A DNA stretch of 60,387 bases, the filler included, from Basidiobolus ranarum (taxonomy: Eukaryota): NCBI GenBank assembly GCA_040143965.1. It is 3 parts of 3 records of this genome, joined end to end, with 100 filler letters (N's around TTAATTAATTAA, not from the genome) between each part and the next. Parts side by side here need not be neighbours in the genome. Positions count along the whole stretch, not along the records: positions 20,182 to 40,246 come from JASJQH010007111.1; positions 40,347 to 60,387 come from JASJQH010007112.1; 1 more part is not named here. One strand, given 5' to 3'. Below, piece by piece: positions 39,350 through 53,491 of this stretch (position 1 is the first letter of the stretch; each line of letters opens with the position of its first letter). A model generated the notes under the pieces. That model was not told where the DNA came from, searched no databases, and was given only the letters and a program-made list of their open reading frames with translations. Both the position numbers and the translations under genes were made by a program.

Positions 39350-39418
39350 TGTTAAAGTATTTTGGGAGCCTGTTGGAAGTGGTTTGGAGAACAAGAGAAA
39401 TTGGTGGTGATTTCAACA
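39350..39418 (-). mobile_element. Internally deleted family A LTR (both termini retained)
   Basis: TGTTAAAGTATTTTGGGAGCC...GGTG|ATTTCAACA, flanked by TTATT and GTATT (near-TSD). Confidence 0.65.
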
Positions 39419-39609
39419 GTATTCTTAGTAAAGTAACTGTATGAATTCTCAAGACTATAGAAATATGATAATATTCAGTTCAAGGCAGCATCCTGCAAAT
39501 CTAATAAACAGGAGTGAAAGTAGTACTTGACCTGTGTATGAGTAGTCAGGTAAGCTATGCAGTGGCACTTGCCAAACATGCACTTACCAAGCATGATAAA
39601 CCACAAGGT

Positions 39610-40246
39610 TGTTGATGTTTGCATAGCCTAAAACATCTATTTAATTATATAAAGCTTAGTATTTAGTTGTTTAATATTTGACTAAGATTTCAGTTGAAAT
39701 TAACATTGCCTAAACACTTGTATAGTCATATATAGCTTAGTATTTAATTATCTTATATTTCACCAAGATATAACCCATTATTCTAAATCAGAATTTACTT
39801 GGAATATTATTACCAACTTGGAAGTTCTCAGATATATGTATTTTTCAAACTTATGTTAGAAGCCCCAAACATGGCACAAATGTTTCTGAAACCCTTTTTA
39901 ACAGATTATATATGTTAGTTTGGTTATATCTTGACAGAAGTATGGATGTCAATTTTCTACTCAATACTGTTGAAATTAGCTTTGCCTAAACATCTATATA
40001 GTCATATATAGCTTAGTACTTGGTTATCTTATATTTCACTAATATATTATCCATCATTCTCAATTGGAATTTACTTGATATATTTTTGCCAACTTAGAAG
40101 TTCTCAAATATAGAGATTGTTCAAACTTGTGCTAGAAGCCCTAAGCTTTGCACACATGCTCCTGGAATCTTCCTTAACACATTCTACACATTAGTTTGCT
40201 TACATCTTGACAATGTTAAAGTTAGCAGTGCCTTTACACCTAGGTA
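39610..40246 (+). mobile_element. Stack of four family A LTR 5' portions (starts 39610, 39692, 39968, 40214) running into the gap
   Basis: Each unit restarts with a TGTTGAAATTAGC-like terminus and aligns to 4561-4884 until interrupted by the next. Confidence 0.8.
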
Positions 40247-40346
40247 NNNNNNNNNNNNNNNNNNNNNNNNNNNNNNNNNNNNNNNNNNNNTTAATTAATT
40301 AANNNNNNNNNNNNNNNNNNNNNNNNNNNNNNNNNNNNNNNNNNNN
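40247..40346. other. Assembly gap with TTAATTAATTAA spacer
   Basis: 100-nt N run with spacer. Confidence 0.97.
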
Positions 40347-41317
40347 GGCAATGAGGTTACTTGGCCAAATCACTTGGAGATGTTGGTAGTAAGTAACTGG
40401 AGCAGCCGGAATATCATCATTGTCATTGTCGTCATTGTTTCTCTTGTCGTCAAGGAATAACCTATCAGAACTAGATCAATCATCACTAGATCGAAATACG
40501 CGCAACTATTGTTCTTAGCGAATATTCTGCATAATATTAATTCTGATCAACCTTATTATAGACAGTATGATTGGCAAGAAGATGCAATGTATCCGTCTAA
40601 TAGTAATATCGTTGAAATCACGAACTCTGAAGGAAGCAAGCGTGAAACATTAGTAAGTGATTTCAAAACTATTGACGAACGAAAGATATAAAAGGAGAAT
40701 TTACGCATTCCAAAAAGATATATGTATTGTAACAATGTTGAATAATGCATGCTACAACTTCATTAATGAAGTGTTACAAAATCCAGTCTTCTTACATGAT
40801 TAAGTTCTTGTCTAACACGAATTTGATGAAAATCCAGGCTTTGTGACACTGTTATGCCACTGGATGAGATTACTAAACTTACTATAGTAAATGTGGGTAA
40901 ATCCCTCGTTAATTTTCCATAGTACTGGTTAGTATAACATCTACTTCACAATAATCATTAAGTACTTTGGGTAAAGTACTCGACAACAACCTTGGCCCCT
41001 AGAAACCTGGTCTGTCTTAAAAAGTCGATTGTTTGTAATACCACACTCTCGTTCTGTATTAGCCGTGATTCACAATAAGCTAAATGCCTGGGAGTTCTCA
41101 ATTATGGTAATAGGGCACTTGACTGCCTAGTCCTAGCCCTGATCCCAACCCAACCCTAACCCGTATTTATTTTTGGATCCTCATGGTAGATTCAATTTCG
41201 CAGTCACACATAACCTATCCTTACTCTCTCCTCAGTCCTCTCGCTCATTCTTTTCCCCAAACAATACTGTTAGGCAATACAGCATCCGATACAGCACGTG
41301 CCTAATATAGAAATCCC

Positions 41318-41358
41318 ATCTCATATCTCGTATCTCATATCTCATATCCCGTATCCTA
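41318..41358 (+). repeat. 7-bp tandem repeat (ATCTCAT-like)
   Basis: ATCTCAT ATCTCGT ATCTCAT ATCTCAT ATCCCGT. Confidence 0.65.
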
Positions 41359-42114
41359 TAGCCGAGAGTTGGGTTAGAATAACATCAAATAAGCTAGTCA
41401 GACTCTACTGCCCAAGTGAGGATAATGAAGCCAAATCACCTCTGCATCATCTGACTCGTGAATAAAGTAATTCACCGTAGCCTCCTCCATTAAGGCTGAT
41501 TGGTATGCTCCTTTTGGCCACGACACGTAGAACCCAAGCCATGTTTGTTATGTATTAATGATTATGTTACACCGTTAAATCCCCATTGGAAATCAACCAT
41601 TCAACTGGGAATAGGATCATTAAGGAGGAAATGGGATCATTTAAAATATCAAAACTAATGAGAATTCATCGTTTATTATCCAATTGATAAGAAAGCAATG
41701 GCCAATGGTGGAGGCGGGGAAGCAAGTGAGGTAACATGATATCAGGTTATGTACAAATGGTCAAGGTCAAGCCTATCTACTCATTTGGTTCCCAGATTTA
41801 CAAGGGGTACCTAAGGAGAAAAACCATGAAACGTCAGAATAGCATCGAAAGTCACCAGTGACAGGAAAAAAAGGGAGTATAGAAAGAGAAGGTACATAGA
41901 TATCAAATCATAACAAATACGTATACATTGACGCAGTAGGGAATCGGCATATCTAATGTTTGAACAGTAGATGCCGCTAAAGCGTACATTTTGGATGGGA
42001 AAATGTGGTATGTCAACAAAAAAATCGAAAATAATTATAAAATATATAGAACTATGAGCATCGGTTGGATCCAAAGGTTGCATTACCATTGGTCGCGGAT
42101 GTCCACAGGAATAT

Positions 42115-43276
<1,162 letters not shown>

Positions 43277-44729
43277 GTTTAAAAAGGCTTAATTCTGATC
43301 GAGGTAGGGGTGTATTACCGGAAAATCTTTACTGAATCTCTAACCAAGATTGATAGGAGATTGCGATGTAGTGGTTTCAAGTTATCAAGCGATATAATCA
43401 AATATCCTTAGGGTGATCTTAGGGCCAGAAGAGTGTAGAGATGCGATAAATACTTTGTCAACTCGACTTGCGAGAAAATGATTTTCGAGGACCAGTGGAT
43501 GAGGCGTCAATTTATAAGTTCACCTTTGAATAGTCCTCTCGCGAAACTCGAAGTAATAAGTGACTCAATAGGATATTTCTTTATAATTCAAAGTAATATC
43601 GGGCCAATAAAATTGCCCACGAAAGCCAAAAGCGTAAGCTTTCAATGTTGCACCAGCAGGCTCCGTTAATGTGATCTGTATAACATTTGGATGGCCGAAA
43701 AATAACTGGTTTGGACTTATTTTCAAGTTCAGCGTCGAGGTTTAAGATTTATCAAATTTGATAGTCGGTGGTTGGTGACTGGCAGTTGGTATACGTAAAA
43801 GGTATTTGATAGTTGATGGTTCATGGCTTATGGCTCATGGCTCATGGTTGGTAAGTAGAAGATATACGTAAAAGCCCTAATTGAACGAGTCAGTCCATAT
43901 TAAGATCTTTGAAACAAGGGGTGCGCCATTCATGATTGGTGCTGCTTACCACGGGACACTCGAAACTTAGATACCCCCAAATATACTTCGCAAATACACT
44001 CCCCAAATCCTTGATATTCGCAACGATGTTTGCTATGTAGACCGATGTTAACCTAGAAAGGTGGATGGGATATGTGGATGGGATGTCGAAGAAACAGCGT
44101 GACAGGTCTAAACTGGTTTACGCGTCCCAGAGTTAATACAATTATTAATATTGAAATTGCCAATGTATTCGTGGTAACATTCAAATTCTATATTTGTACC
44201 CTAAACCTGCTTTAAAGTATTGGTGAGTAAGATATAATGCTGGGTTAGGGTTAAGCTCTGATGAGTCTCTACAACGTAACCTTTTGAACGTCACCTTTTG
44301 GACCAAACAGTATCAGAGAAGATTGCTAAAAGATAAACGGTTAGCTCAATGTTACACGGCAGAGAAACGAATACAATATCGTAGCACATAATTTTGGCCA
44401 AAGAATGAAATGCGTAGATCAAATTAGAAAGATATTCCTACTCCACTCCATCAATGTCAGTGAGTGCTGAATGTCAAAGATGTTGTACGCGCAAAATGAA
44501 AGATATCCTAATCACCGGCAATAAATGACAGCCTGATCAGATATAGAATTTTGATAGAGCCATTGTTTGCATAGAGAGCCTATCATAAGCAGTTATTCCT
44601 TGGCAATGATTTTATTGGAGAGAAGGAGCCTATTGAGTTATCTTCACTCTAAAAGGCGTAGTTAGCAACCAAGCTTTTTAAGGATAATTGAACCTATGAG
44701 TAAACCACGTGGGTCCAGCTTAAAAGGTA

Positions 44730-45110
44730 GACAAGCTCGGTCTGAGAAAGGTCATTGAGGCTCGGCTAGTCCACCATAGCAATACCATCGACGCTGCCTT
44801 CACTAATTCTGTCAAGGGTTACCTCAATTCTATGGTTGAATATACATCCATATTGGGCAGACATGGACCAACCATTTTCAAGGTGTCGGGATAAGGTGTC
44901 GTGATATTGAGAGACTTGCTAACCAACACTTGCAAATCTGTGATCTGTGATCCAGACAGTAGTTTCAGGCGGGGTTGATCCACCTCCATATAAAGACACT
45001 CGAATAGCCGATCGAATGATGTAATAGTAGCCATCTGAACGGGATTGAGATTGAAGTTAAACCTCAATCTCAACCTCACCCTCTTCCTCTTCCTCAGAAA
45101 CCTATTTAAC
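44730..45110 (+). pseudogene. Possible decayed gene fragment (helical, BAR-like C-terminus plus Pro/Gln tail)
   Basis: Open stretch RKVIEARLVHHSNTIDAAFTNSVKGYLNSMVEY, an intron-like GCTAAC...CAG, then HLNGIEIEVKPQSQPHPLPLPQKPI*. Surrounded by stops. Confidence 0.25.
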
Positions 45111-45862
45111 AAATGCGGTGTTGGAGTCACTGGATTCCTGTTTCAGTGTCAACTTTAATACAAGATTAGATCGTACGTGTACCCGAGCTGTTCCAAAAAC
45201 AACAAGAGACGCCATTGTCCTACAAACCCTTGGTATCCATCCAATCAGAGTTGTTTCTAGTCATACTCTTTCCAAATGAAGACTGGTGATTTCAGCGAGG
45301 TTTCGTTGGCTGTGCTCTCATTTAGTGCATGATGACCTTTTTAAGGCCTCATTAATGCTTATTTTTATAAGAGATTAGCTTCGATTTCTTCGTTAAACAC
45401 TCGGGGAAATGCTGACTTGTATCTCCTGCTCCCAGTTTATTTTTACCAGATATCATTGCAGCCCTTTGTTACTCACGTTCTGCCATCTTATAAATATCCT
45501 TTTATTTATAGAACAGTAAATATTTTTGCTTCAGGTGCAGAGAAATGTACACAAAATATGCTCCGTTAATTAAGAACATCTTAATGATCTTCGTTTATTG
45601 ACTTACATTAGGATCGCTAGCGTTTAACAGTGTAACGTAGCCATACTATGAGAATGGATTAAGGAGTATTAGCTTTTGCCTGAAAATATCCGAGGTTCTC
45701 TGGAGCTAGGTCGATAATTCAATCTAGCTTGACCAGGGTCTCTTTAGGTATCCGACGAAGTAGGTAGATTAGGCCACAAGATGGGGTGGATGACTTTATA
45801 CAGGATATCAAGGATTGAAAAGATGGGGAAGATATTGGAAGCATTATATGTGGGTGTGGTGT

Positions 45863-47076
45863 TTAAACTCGGAATGGCTTACGGTCTGGAAGACCCTCTG
45901 GAACAGGGTAAATTCTAAGAGTCATTGGAAAGATGTCAATGTTGGCACCACTAGTTTCCCAAGATTTCAAACCAAATTCTGGGGCTAGTGAGTTCTGAGA
46001 CAAGCGATGATGATGAGCGCGGGTTGACTTCATATAAGGAAGGTCGTCGCAGGGGATGGTAAGTTTAGAAGTACGTGATGAAAGCGAGGACGTGCTCAAT
46101 GGTGAGTCTTTAGAAAGGTATTTCGATGTACTTTTTGTTAGATCTAAAGGTATCATTCGATTCTGCGGGGTGGTAGATCTTAGGGGAGTTGGAGAAAGCT
46201 CAATAACATGCTCCGAGTCACAATCCGACTCTTCGCTTAGACTAGGGAGGGAAGGGGATTCAATTTTCAAGTTGTTCTTACTCTCTTCACTCAAGGCATC
46301 TTTCAAAATCTCGGCTCGCTCCTTGAACTGCTTACGATATGCATCATATACCCTTCTGGTTATTTCACGAACATCCTGGCTTGAATCGGCACATCCCACA
46401 CGCAATACACTCTCTAGCGATTCCAAATAGGGCTCCATATCGATTTGAAGACATTGAACATACTCGACCAAAATCTCCATAATGTTGCACTTGGCAAACT
46501 CATTTCCTTCCGCAAATCCTTCAACTACAGCTGGAAAGAAGGTTAACAGCTTTTTGTGTTGCACCAATGTCACTATACACTCTCTAGCACGTAGCTGAAA
46601 TATTCGAGCATCACGTTGAATTAACTTCAGGATTTCTGGGACAAACTGCTCTTCAAGTACTAAAAAATCATCAGAACTTAGGTTTATTCCCAAGGTTTTG
46701 ACGAAATCTAGTATAGTCGCAACTAAAATACTCTTCTGTGACGTTAACTAAGTAAAATTTTGGTTAGTGAGAGATCAGATTGATGATTATTTGTGTTAGC
46801 CTACTAATGCAGCGATATCGTTGGAAAATACTTGGATCAAGTTAGAGAAGTTCTCAGGAATTATGTCGCTCTTAGTAAAATCGTCCAGCTCTCTGATAGT
46901 TTCATTGAGTAGAGACCAAGTATCTTCGTTTTCGGGAGTGCTTTTAAGGATATTGGCAGCCTCGTCGAGAACTTTGGCAAAGTCAACAGACTAGAATCAA
47001 GTAAGTACGTGACCAACAGAAGATAGTGTGTAAGAATTAAAATAAGTCATACCTTGTTTGGCGTAGTACCTGGCAT
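45863..47076 (-). CDS. Short CLASP N-terminal (TOG/HEAT) domain protein, Stu1-like, 3 exons
   Basis: Spliced MPGTTPNK|SVDF...ENEDTW...|LTSQKSILV..., HEAT end GCADSSQDVREITR, then a Ser-rich tail. Confidence 0.72.
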
Positions 47077-47379
47077 TTTATGATTTGAGTTTAGGCAGGG
47101 ATAGTGGTTAGGGCTCTTAGTTATATAGAGAAGGGGAAGAGAAGGGGGAGAGTAGAGAAGTCTTTTGCTTGTTCTGTAGTTTGGGACTAACTCAGTAGTT
47201 TTATACAAACTAATCAAAATGAACGAATTGTGAGTATAATTATTATTTCATTAAGTAGCAATGTCAGTGAATCAATAATGAGCTTAAAACCAATGAAGAT
47301 ATGCAAATCTGTTGTAAATCTGGTAGTGATCCCTGCACATATTGAGTTGAACAAATGCTATTGTTTTCCACGGTTTACC

Positions 47380-47560
47380 CAAAAGAAGTTACCCTGCATC
47401 TGTCTACAGTGTCAATCACAAGTATCAACCACAAGTATTAGCCCCTGTGTGTTCTGTATGATTTCACAGGTTGATTGGCTTGGTCTAGAATGTGGTTCAG
47501 TGCTCTGGTATAGAATGCCTTTCATGTTTATGATCGTGTTCAAATGAAATTGTGACATCT
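47380..47560 (-). pseudogene. ARF-family small GTPase fossil fragment
   Basis: QNTQGLILVVDTCD* closely matches Arf QNTQGLIFVVDSNDR, with TGA at the Arg position. Upstream TISF and RH..YQ-like remnants are present; no P-loop or start found. Confidence 0.45.
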
Positions 47561-47915
47561 GTGAAACTATGCCAAGTACTCCAGCAATTAATGTCTTGAA
47601 AGCAATACTAAAAGATTCAAACTTATATGAGACTTGGCTTAACAAGTACCCATTGCTCTTTGAGATCGACATTTACATAGTTGCTTCGACTTGGCTTTGA
47701 CTTAGATTTAACAATCCAATAAGTAATGTTTCTAAAAATACATAGTCGAGTAAGTCCAAATACCGTTTCATGCTAACTACCTATTTATTATTGAAAGATA
47801 ATTTCCGCGAGAAAGTATTGGTACTCCCATGTTTATACAACAAAAGAAGCAATAAATGCGTTGTGAAGAGAATATATGACTATTATGAGGAAATTTCAAT
47901 TGTGCTATCTACCGC

Positions 47916-48436
47916 TTAGAACCATTTCTTAGTGAAAAATGCTTCGAAGGGGGTTTTTTGTTCAATGGCTGAAGAGTAATCAGGCATGCTAGAAAATAGG
48001 GTAATCGTTTTAATGCACAGCTGTAGAAGAGTAAACGTGAGAGCTATTGAAGTCTTTACCTGGAAAAACCACGGGATGCTTGTTTCAAGAAACGTCCGTT
48101 GAGCTTTCTAGCGGTCTTGGAGTTGGTTCTGGTGCGTTGACCATGAACAGGCAAGCCCAAAGCATGTCTCTTACCAACATAGGAATTAATCTGACGAAGG
48201 TGCAAAACGTTGTTCTTGATCTGTCTTCTCAAATCACTTTCAATGGTCATATCAGTCAACAGACCACTGAGCTGATTAATTTGAGTGTCGGAAAGTTCGC
48301 TAAGTTTGCATTCTTTGTGAATACTCAATCTATTGCAAAGTTTCTCGGCGGTAGAGTGACCAATTCCATAAAAATAAGTCAAGGCGATACGAACGACCTT
48401 CTTGTCAGGTAAATTTACACCGAGGAGATGAAGCAT
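47916..48436 (-). CDS. SWS2: Mitochondrial ribosomal protein uS13m (exons 48436-48060, 47988-47916; last exon inferred)
   Basis: IALTYFYGIG...SYVGKRHALGLPVHGQRTRTN is the S13 signature. Confidence 0.92.
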
Positions 48437-48680
48437 TGTTATCTTTACGACTATCGGTGAACTTTGCCAACTTAATAGTAGAAATTTTCTGTCAGAAAAT
48501 ATGCACCTCGATTTGTACTCGAAATTATCAGTCCTTCAAGATCAATTTTTTATTAGCAAATGAGCATATTGTCATAGCCATTGGCTAGGAAAGATTGATT
48601 CTAAAATAGCAATTGAATGGTGCATTGTAATTTGGTTTATTTTAAAAGTTTGAATAAATAATTCGCTCTAACACAGAGAT

Positions 48681-49940
<1,260 letters not shown>

Positions 49941-50347
49941 ATCTATAGAAATAAGAGTGATATAGAACACCTAAACACTAGCTCAAAGAAACAACGAGTT
50001 CTTAAGGCTTATAATTTGAAAATCACACACATCTATAATCCTCAAAAACCAATATCTGCCATGTTTTTTTATTATTTGATCATATTCATTTCCAAAGGGG
50101 ATTGGCTAATAGCCATCATGTAATGATTGTTATTTATTCGGAATAGCTGTAAATTCGAGAAAGATCAAGATAAAAACTGACTGAATTAGCCGAGCTCGTT
50201 CCTAACTACATATGAAAAAATCCTGTGGATTCTGCGCCTTTCTCATACTGCAATTCTTATTACTGGTTACTTTGCGCTAAGACGTATACGCTTTTAGTTT
50301 GTGATTTCACCTTCCTTTGATAGACAACACAAACCTTCACGATAGTA

Positions 50348-50623
50348 ATGGAGTGTTTGAAATGGTTTATACCGTTATTTCTTCTTCCACAGCCTAGTAC
50401 ATCCCCTTTCTTTATATATCTATTTTTATTCTCCTACTTATTACACAGTAAACCATGCGTTTATTGTACAATCTTGCTATTTGCATTATTGGGATCTACT
50501 TGCTATTGGGGAACAGATCACTGCTGGGTTGACACTAATTACATGGACCTTTTCTCGCCTCGAAACATCTCACTTTTAACACCATTACCGCTTAATACTG
50601 AGGACCAAACGATATCGAATTGA
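50348..50623 (+). CDS. BLCAP/BC10 family small membrane protein
   Basis: MECLKWFIPLFLLPQP...FSYLLHSKPCVYC...TCYWG..HCW parallels the animal BLCAP pattern MYCLQWLLPVLLIPKP...RKPCTIC. Confidence 0.85.
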   Translation: MECLKWFIPLFLLPQPSTSPFFIYLFLFSYLLHSKPCVYCTILLFALLGSTCYWGTDHCWVDTNYMDLFSPRNISLLTPLPLNTEDQTISN

Positions 50624-51031
50624 ACCTACGAATTTTTCTACCTTTTCTTGAGTGACTTTTTATTTGGTCTTGAAATCGAGGACTTATCTGTTGTAACTTA
50701 CGTACGAAAAACGAAACACCTTGATTTGGTTCAAAAATTCCCCTTCCTTCCCCTCTACTATGTATCATTCTCAAGTTTTTCAAAACCCAAGCATGCTTCC
50801 TTGACTAAACATTCAATCACTCTAGTTTAGTCAGTTTGACTACATTAATTTTCTTTTAAGCGAATATATATTTGTTTAACTTCTTGTGTATAGGTTCAAC
50901 CTTTGTTATGCCTCATATCTACCATTTGCCGCCCTCTTCTCTTGTTCCTTGGAATACATATATACTTGTGATTAATTAATAATTTATTGAAAGTGATTTT
51001 CTCGTTGACCATAAGATTTCCAATAAAGTAA

Positions 51032-51587
51032 TTAAGATTTGGAGATTTTACGATATTTCATAGGAATATTAACCAGATAATTCTCTGCCATCACCTTTTG
51101 TCTTGATCCATTATTACCACCGAAAAATCCCTTCCTAGAATTACTACCTACGTTACGTTGCTTGTGTGAAGAGGCAGTTTCAGGTCCAGAGAATTTTTGA
51201 TTCACAGCACGGTAGTCTCCTCTTGGATTTTCTGCCCATTCGCTTTGAGTTATCATACCATCTTGATCGGTATCCACTTTTCCAAATATCTCGTCGTACC
51301 ATTCTTTACGCAACTCTCCGTTGGGAAAATCCCCCGGAAAGAAGTGCTCCAGTTCACCAATATCTAGACCACCATCTCGGTTCAGATCATGTAACTTGAA
51401 GAAGATCGTATCGTCTGAGTCGTCTAAACCGTGAATCACTTTCATGTGTCTAAAGACAAGAAGAGTTGAGAAGAAAATTTATTTCACGAGATATATGTTG
51501 GTTAACTTACTCTCTTTCGTAGGGAGAAAGTTCTCCTTGGACTTGAGAAAGGAGGGACAATGTACCTATTATCCAAAGTAACTTCAT
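51032..51587 (-). CDS. SSP120: Secretory-pathway EF-hand protein, Ssp120/MCFD2-like, 2 exons
   Basis: Signal peptide MKLLWIIGTLSLLSQVQG, HM..IHG, EF loops DLNRDGGLDIGE and DTDQDGMITQSE, and C-terminal NIPMKYR. Confidence 0.75.
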
Positions 51588-51922
51588 AATGCAAAAAGAG
51601 ATTTCTATCTAGATGGTGTCTTCTTAAATCCTACTTAAGTCATCTCTTGCCCTCTCCTTTTCTCTCCTGAATTCGATGACGTTGAGGTATGGTTTCCCCC
51701 TGAAGTCATCAAACTTTAGCTAAGCCTCATAAGATAAACTGGTTGTATTGGTCAAGTGATGATTAGGGTTTTAGTTTTGGTTTTGATGGAATTGATTGAT
51801 TTGATCAAGTGATTATTAGGATTTTAATGTTCTCAAAATCATCTGGTATTAAATGGGTTATATATGGTAAAATTGATCATAAGGATAATGTACACATTCG
51901 ATTAAAAATACTCCAAAAATCA

Positions 51923-53491
51923 CTAGAATCCACTCTTTTTTCGTAACTCTGGGCCCTTAATCTTGACCCAAAACAAAGCAGCCAAAGAAACTATATTCAA
52001 TAGGGCCAGGAAGAGTGAAAGGTAATTTTCACCCATGGCTTGAATCAATGGCTCCGCAGTGATAGATAATATCGCTGCCAAAACCATTCTTACAAAGTTG
52101 GCAGCAGCGGTGGCACTCGCACCTCGACCAGGTACGGAATCAACCAAATAGGTAGAGATAGAGGTGGTGATTTGCATCAAACCAAAGCAGAGAATACCAA
52201 ATCCAATGATTGGTGCCGCGAGGGAAACTCCATAGTATACAGACCAACCAAATATCAATATGCCACCTGGAATGAATAATATTCCACTAATCCACGCATT
52301 TAGTCCCAATCGATCTTCAGGAATATTCTGACCACCCCTTGCACTTCTCGCTTTTTTTAGGAAATAATCCGATAACATTCCACCGGCAAAACTACCAATG
52401 ATATTACCAACCCCAGCACCAAGATAGGTCAATCCAGTTTGAGATGAGTTCAGGTTGTAAGTTCTAGCAAAGAGTCCAGGTAATACGGTCTCAGTGGTAA
52501 ACATAGCACCAAATGAAATACCAGTTTCAATAGAAACAATGAGCACGAACCAATGTTTGAGAAGTGCTAACGAAGCTATGGGATTCATTCTCTTCGCGGC
52601 AACTACCTTGGTGTCAGGTTCGCGTACTTTGTTTTCCATAGAATTTCTCTCGAGTTGGGTTTCAGAAATCACCGTGGTATCTCCGCCATGTTCATCTGTG
52701 GATTCAATATTGGAGTTGGCGGTGGGTCCCCATCGACTCTCCTGTCTGTATGTTTCAGGCAAGGCGAAGAACATCAGGACTAGAATGACAAACGCTAAAA
52801 TTCCACAGAACCAGAACGTCGCTCTCCAGCCAAATGCCTCAGTTAAGAATCCACCAATGGTAGGGCCCTATTTAAGCTAGTTAGTATGTTACTTCTTAAT
52901 GACCCATTTCTTTGTACTTACCAAGAGGGGACCGAGATATTGTCCTAGAAAGAGTAATCCCATTGCTGTGCCTCTTTCATGTAAATCATAGCAATCGGCA
53001 ATAGTTCCTGCACCCAAACTAGACGAGGAACTGGATCCACATGATTGTATGCAGCGTAAGACAATCAGCAATGTGATATCGTTTACAAAAGCACCACCAA
53101 TAGATGCAGCAATGAAAATGGTGATCGAACTCAAGTACAAAATCCTTCGAACTCCATAATGATCCGACATACTCGCCCAAAATACGGGAGCGATTCCCAT
53201 GAACAAAATAAACAAAGAGACCGTTGCATTAACGGCAGTGCCCGAGGCTTTCAAGTCCTCAGTAATAGTTGGTAATGCTGGGAAATACACTGTCGAAGAT
53301 AATGGGGCCAACATTCCTGCAAATCCTAGTTGAGCAACGATTAGGACTTTTTTCGCCTTCGAAAAAGTACGTGGGTCCTGTCTAATTACGGGGAAAGGGG
53401 AGAATTGCTCCCTCCAATAACTTTTGGTTGGAGTCTCTTTCTCTGTGACTGAAATACCATTTTTTTGTTCTCGTGAAGTTGCAACACTCAT
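51923..53491 (-). CDS. MFS drug:H+ antiporter (DHA1, Dtr1/Qdr-like), 2 exons
   Basis: QDPRTFS, STVYFPAL, SDHYGVRR, GTIADC...ERG, GWRATFW, FALPETY and PEDRL; multiple TM segments. Confidence 0.92.
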
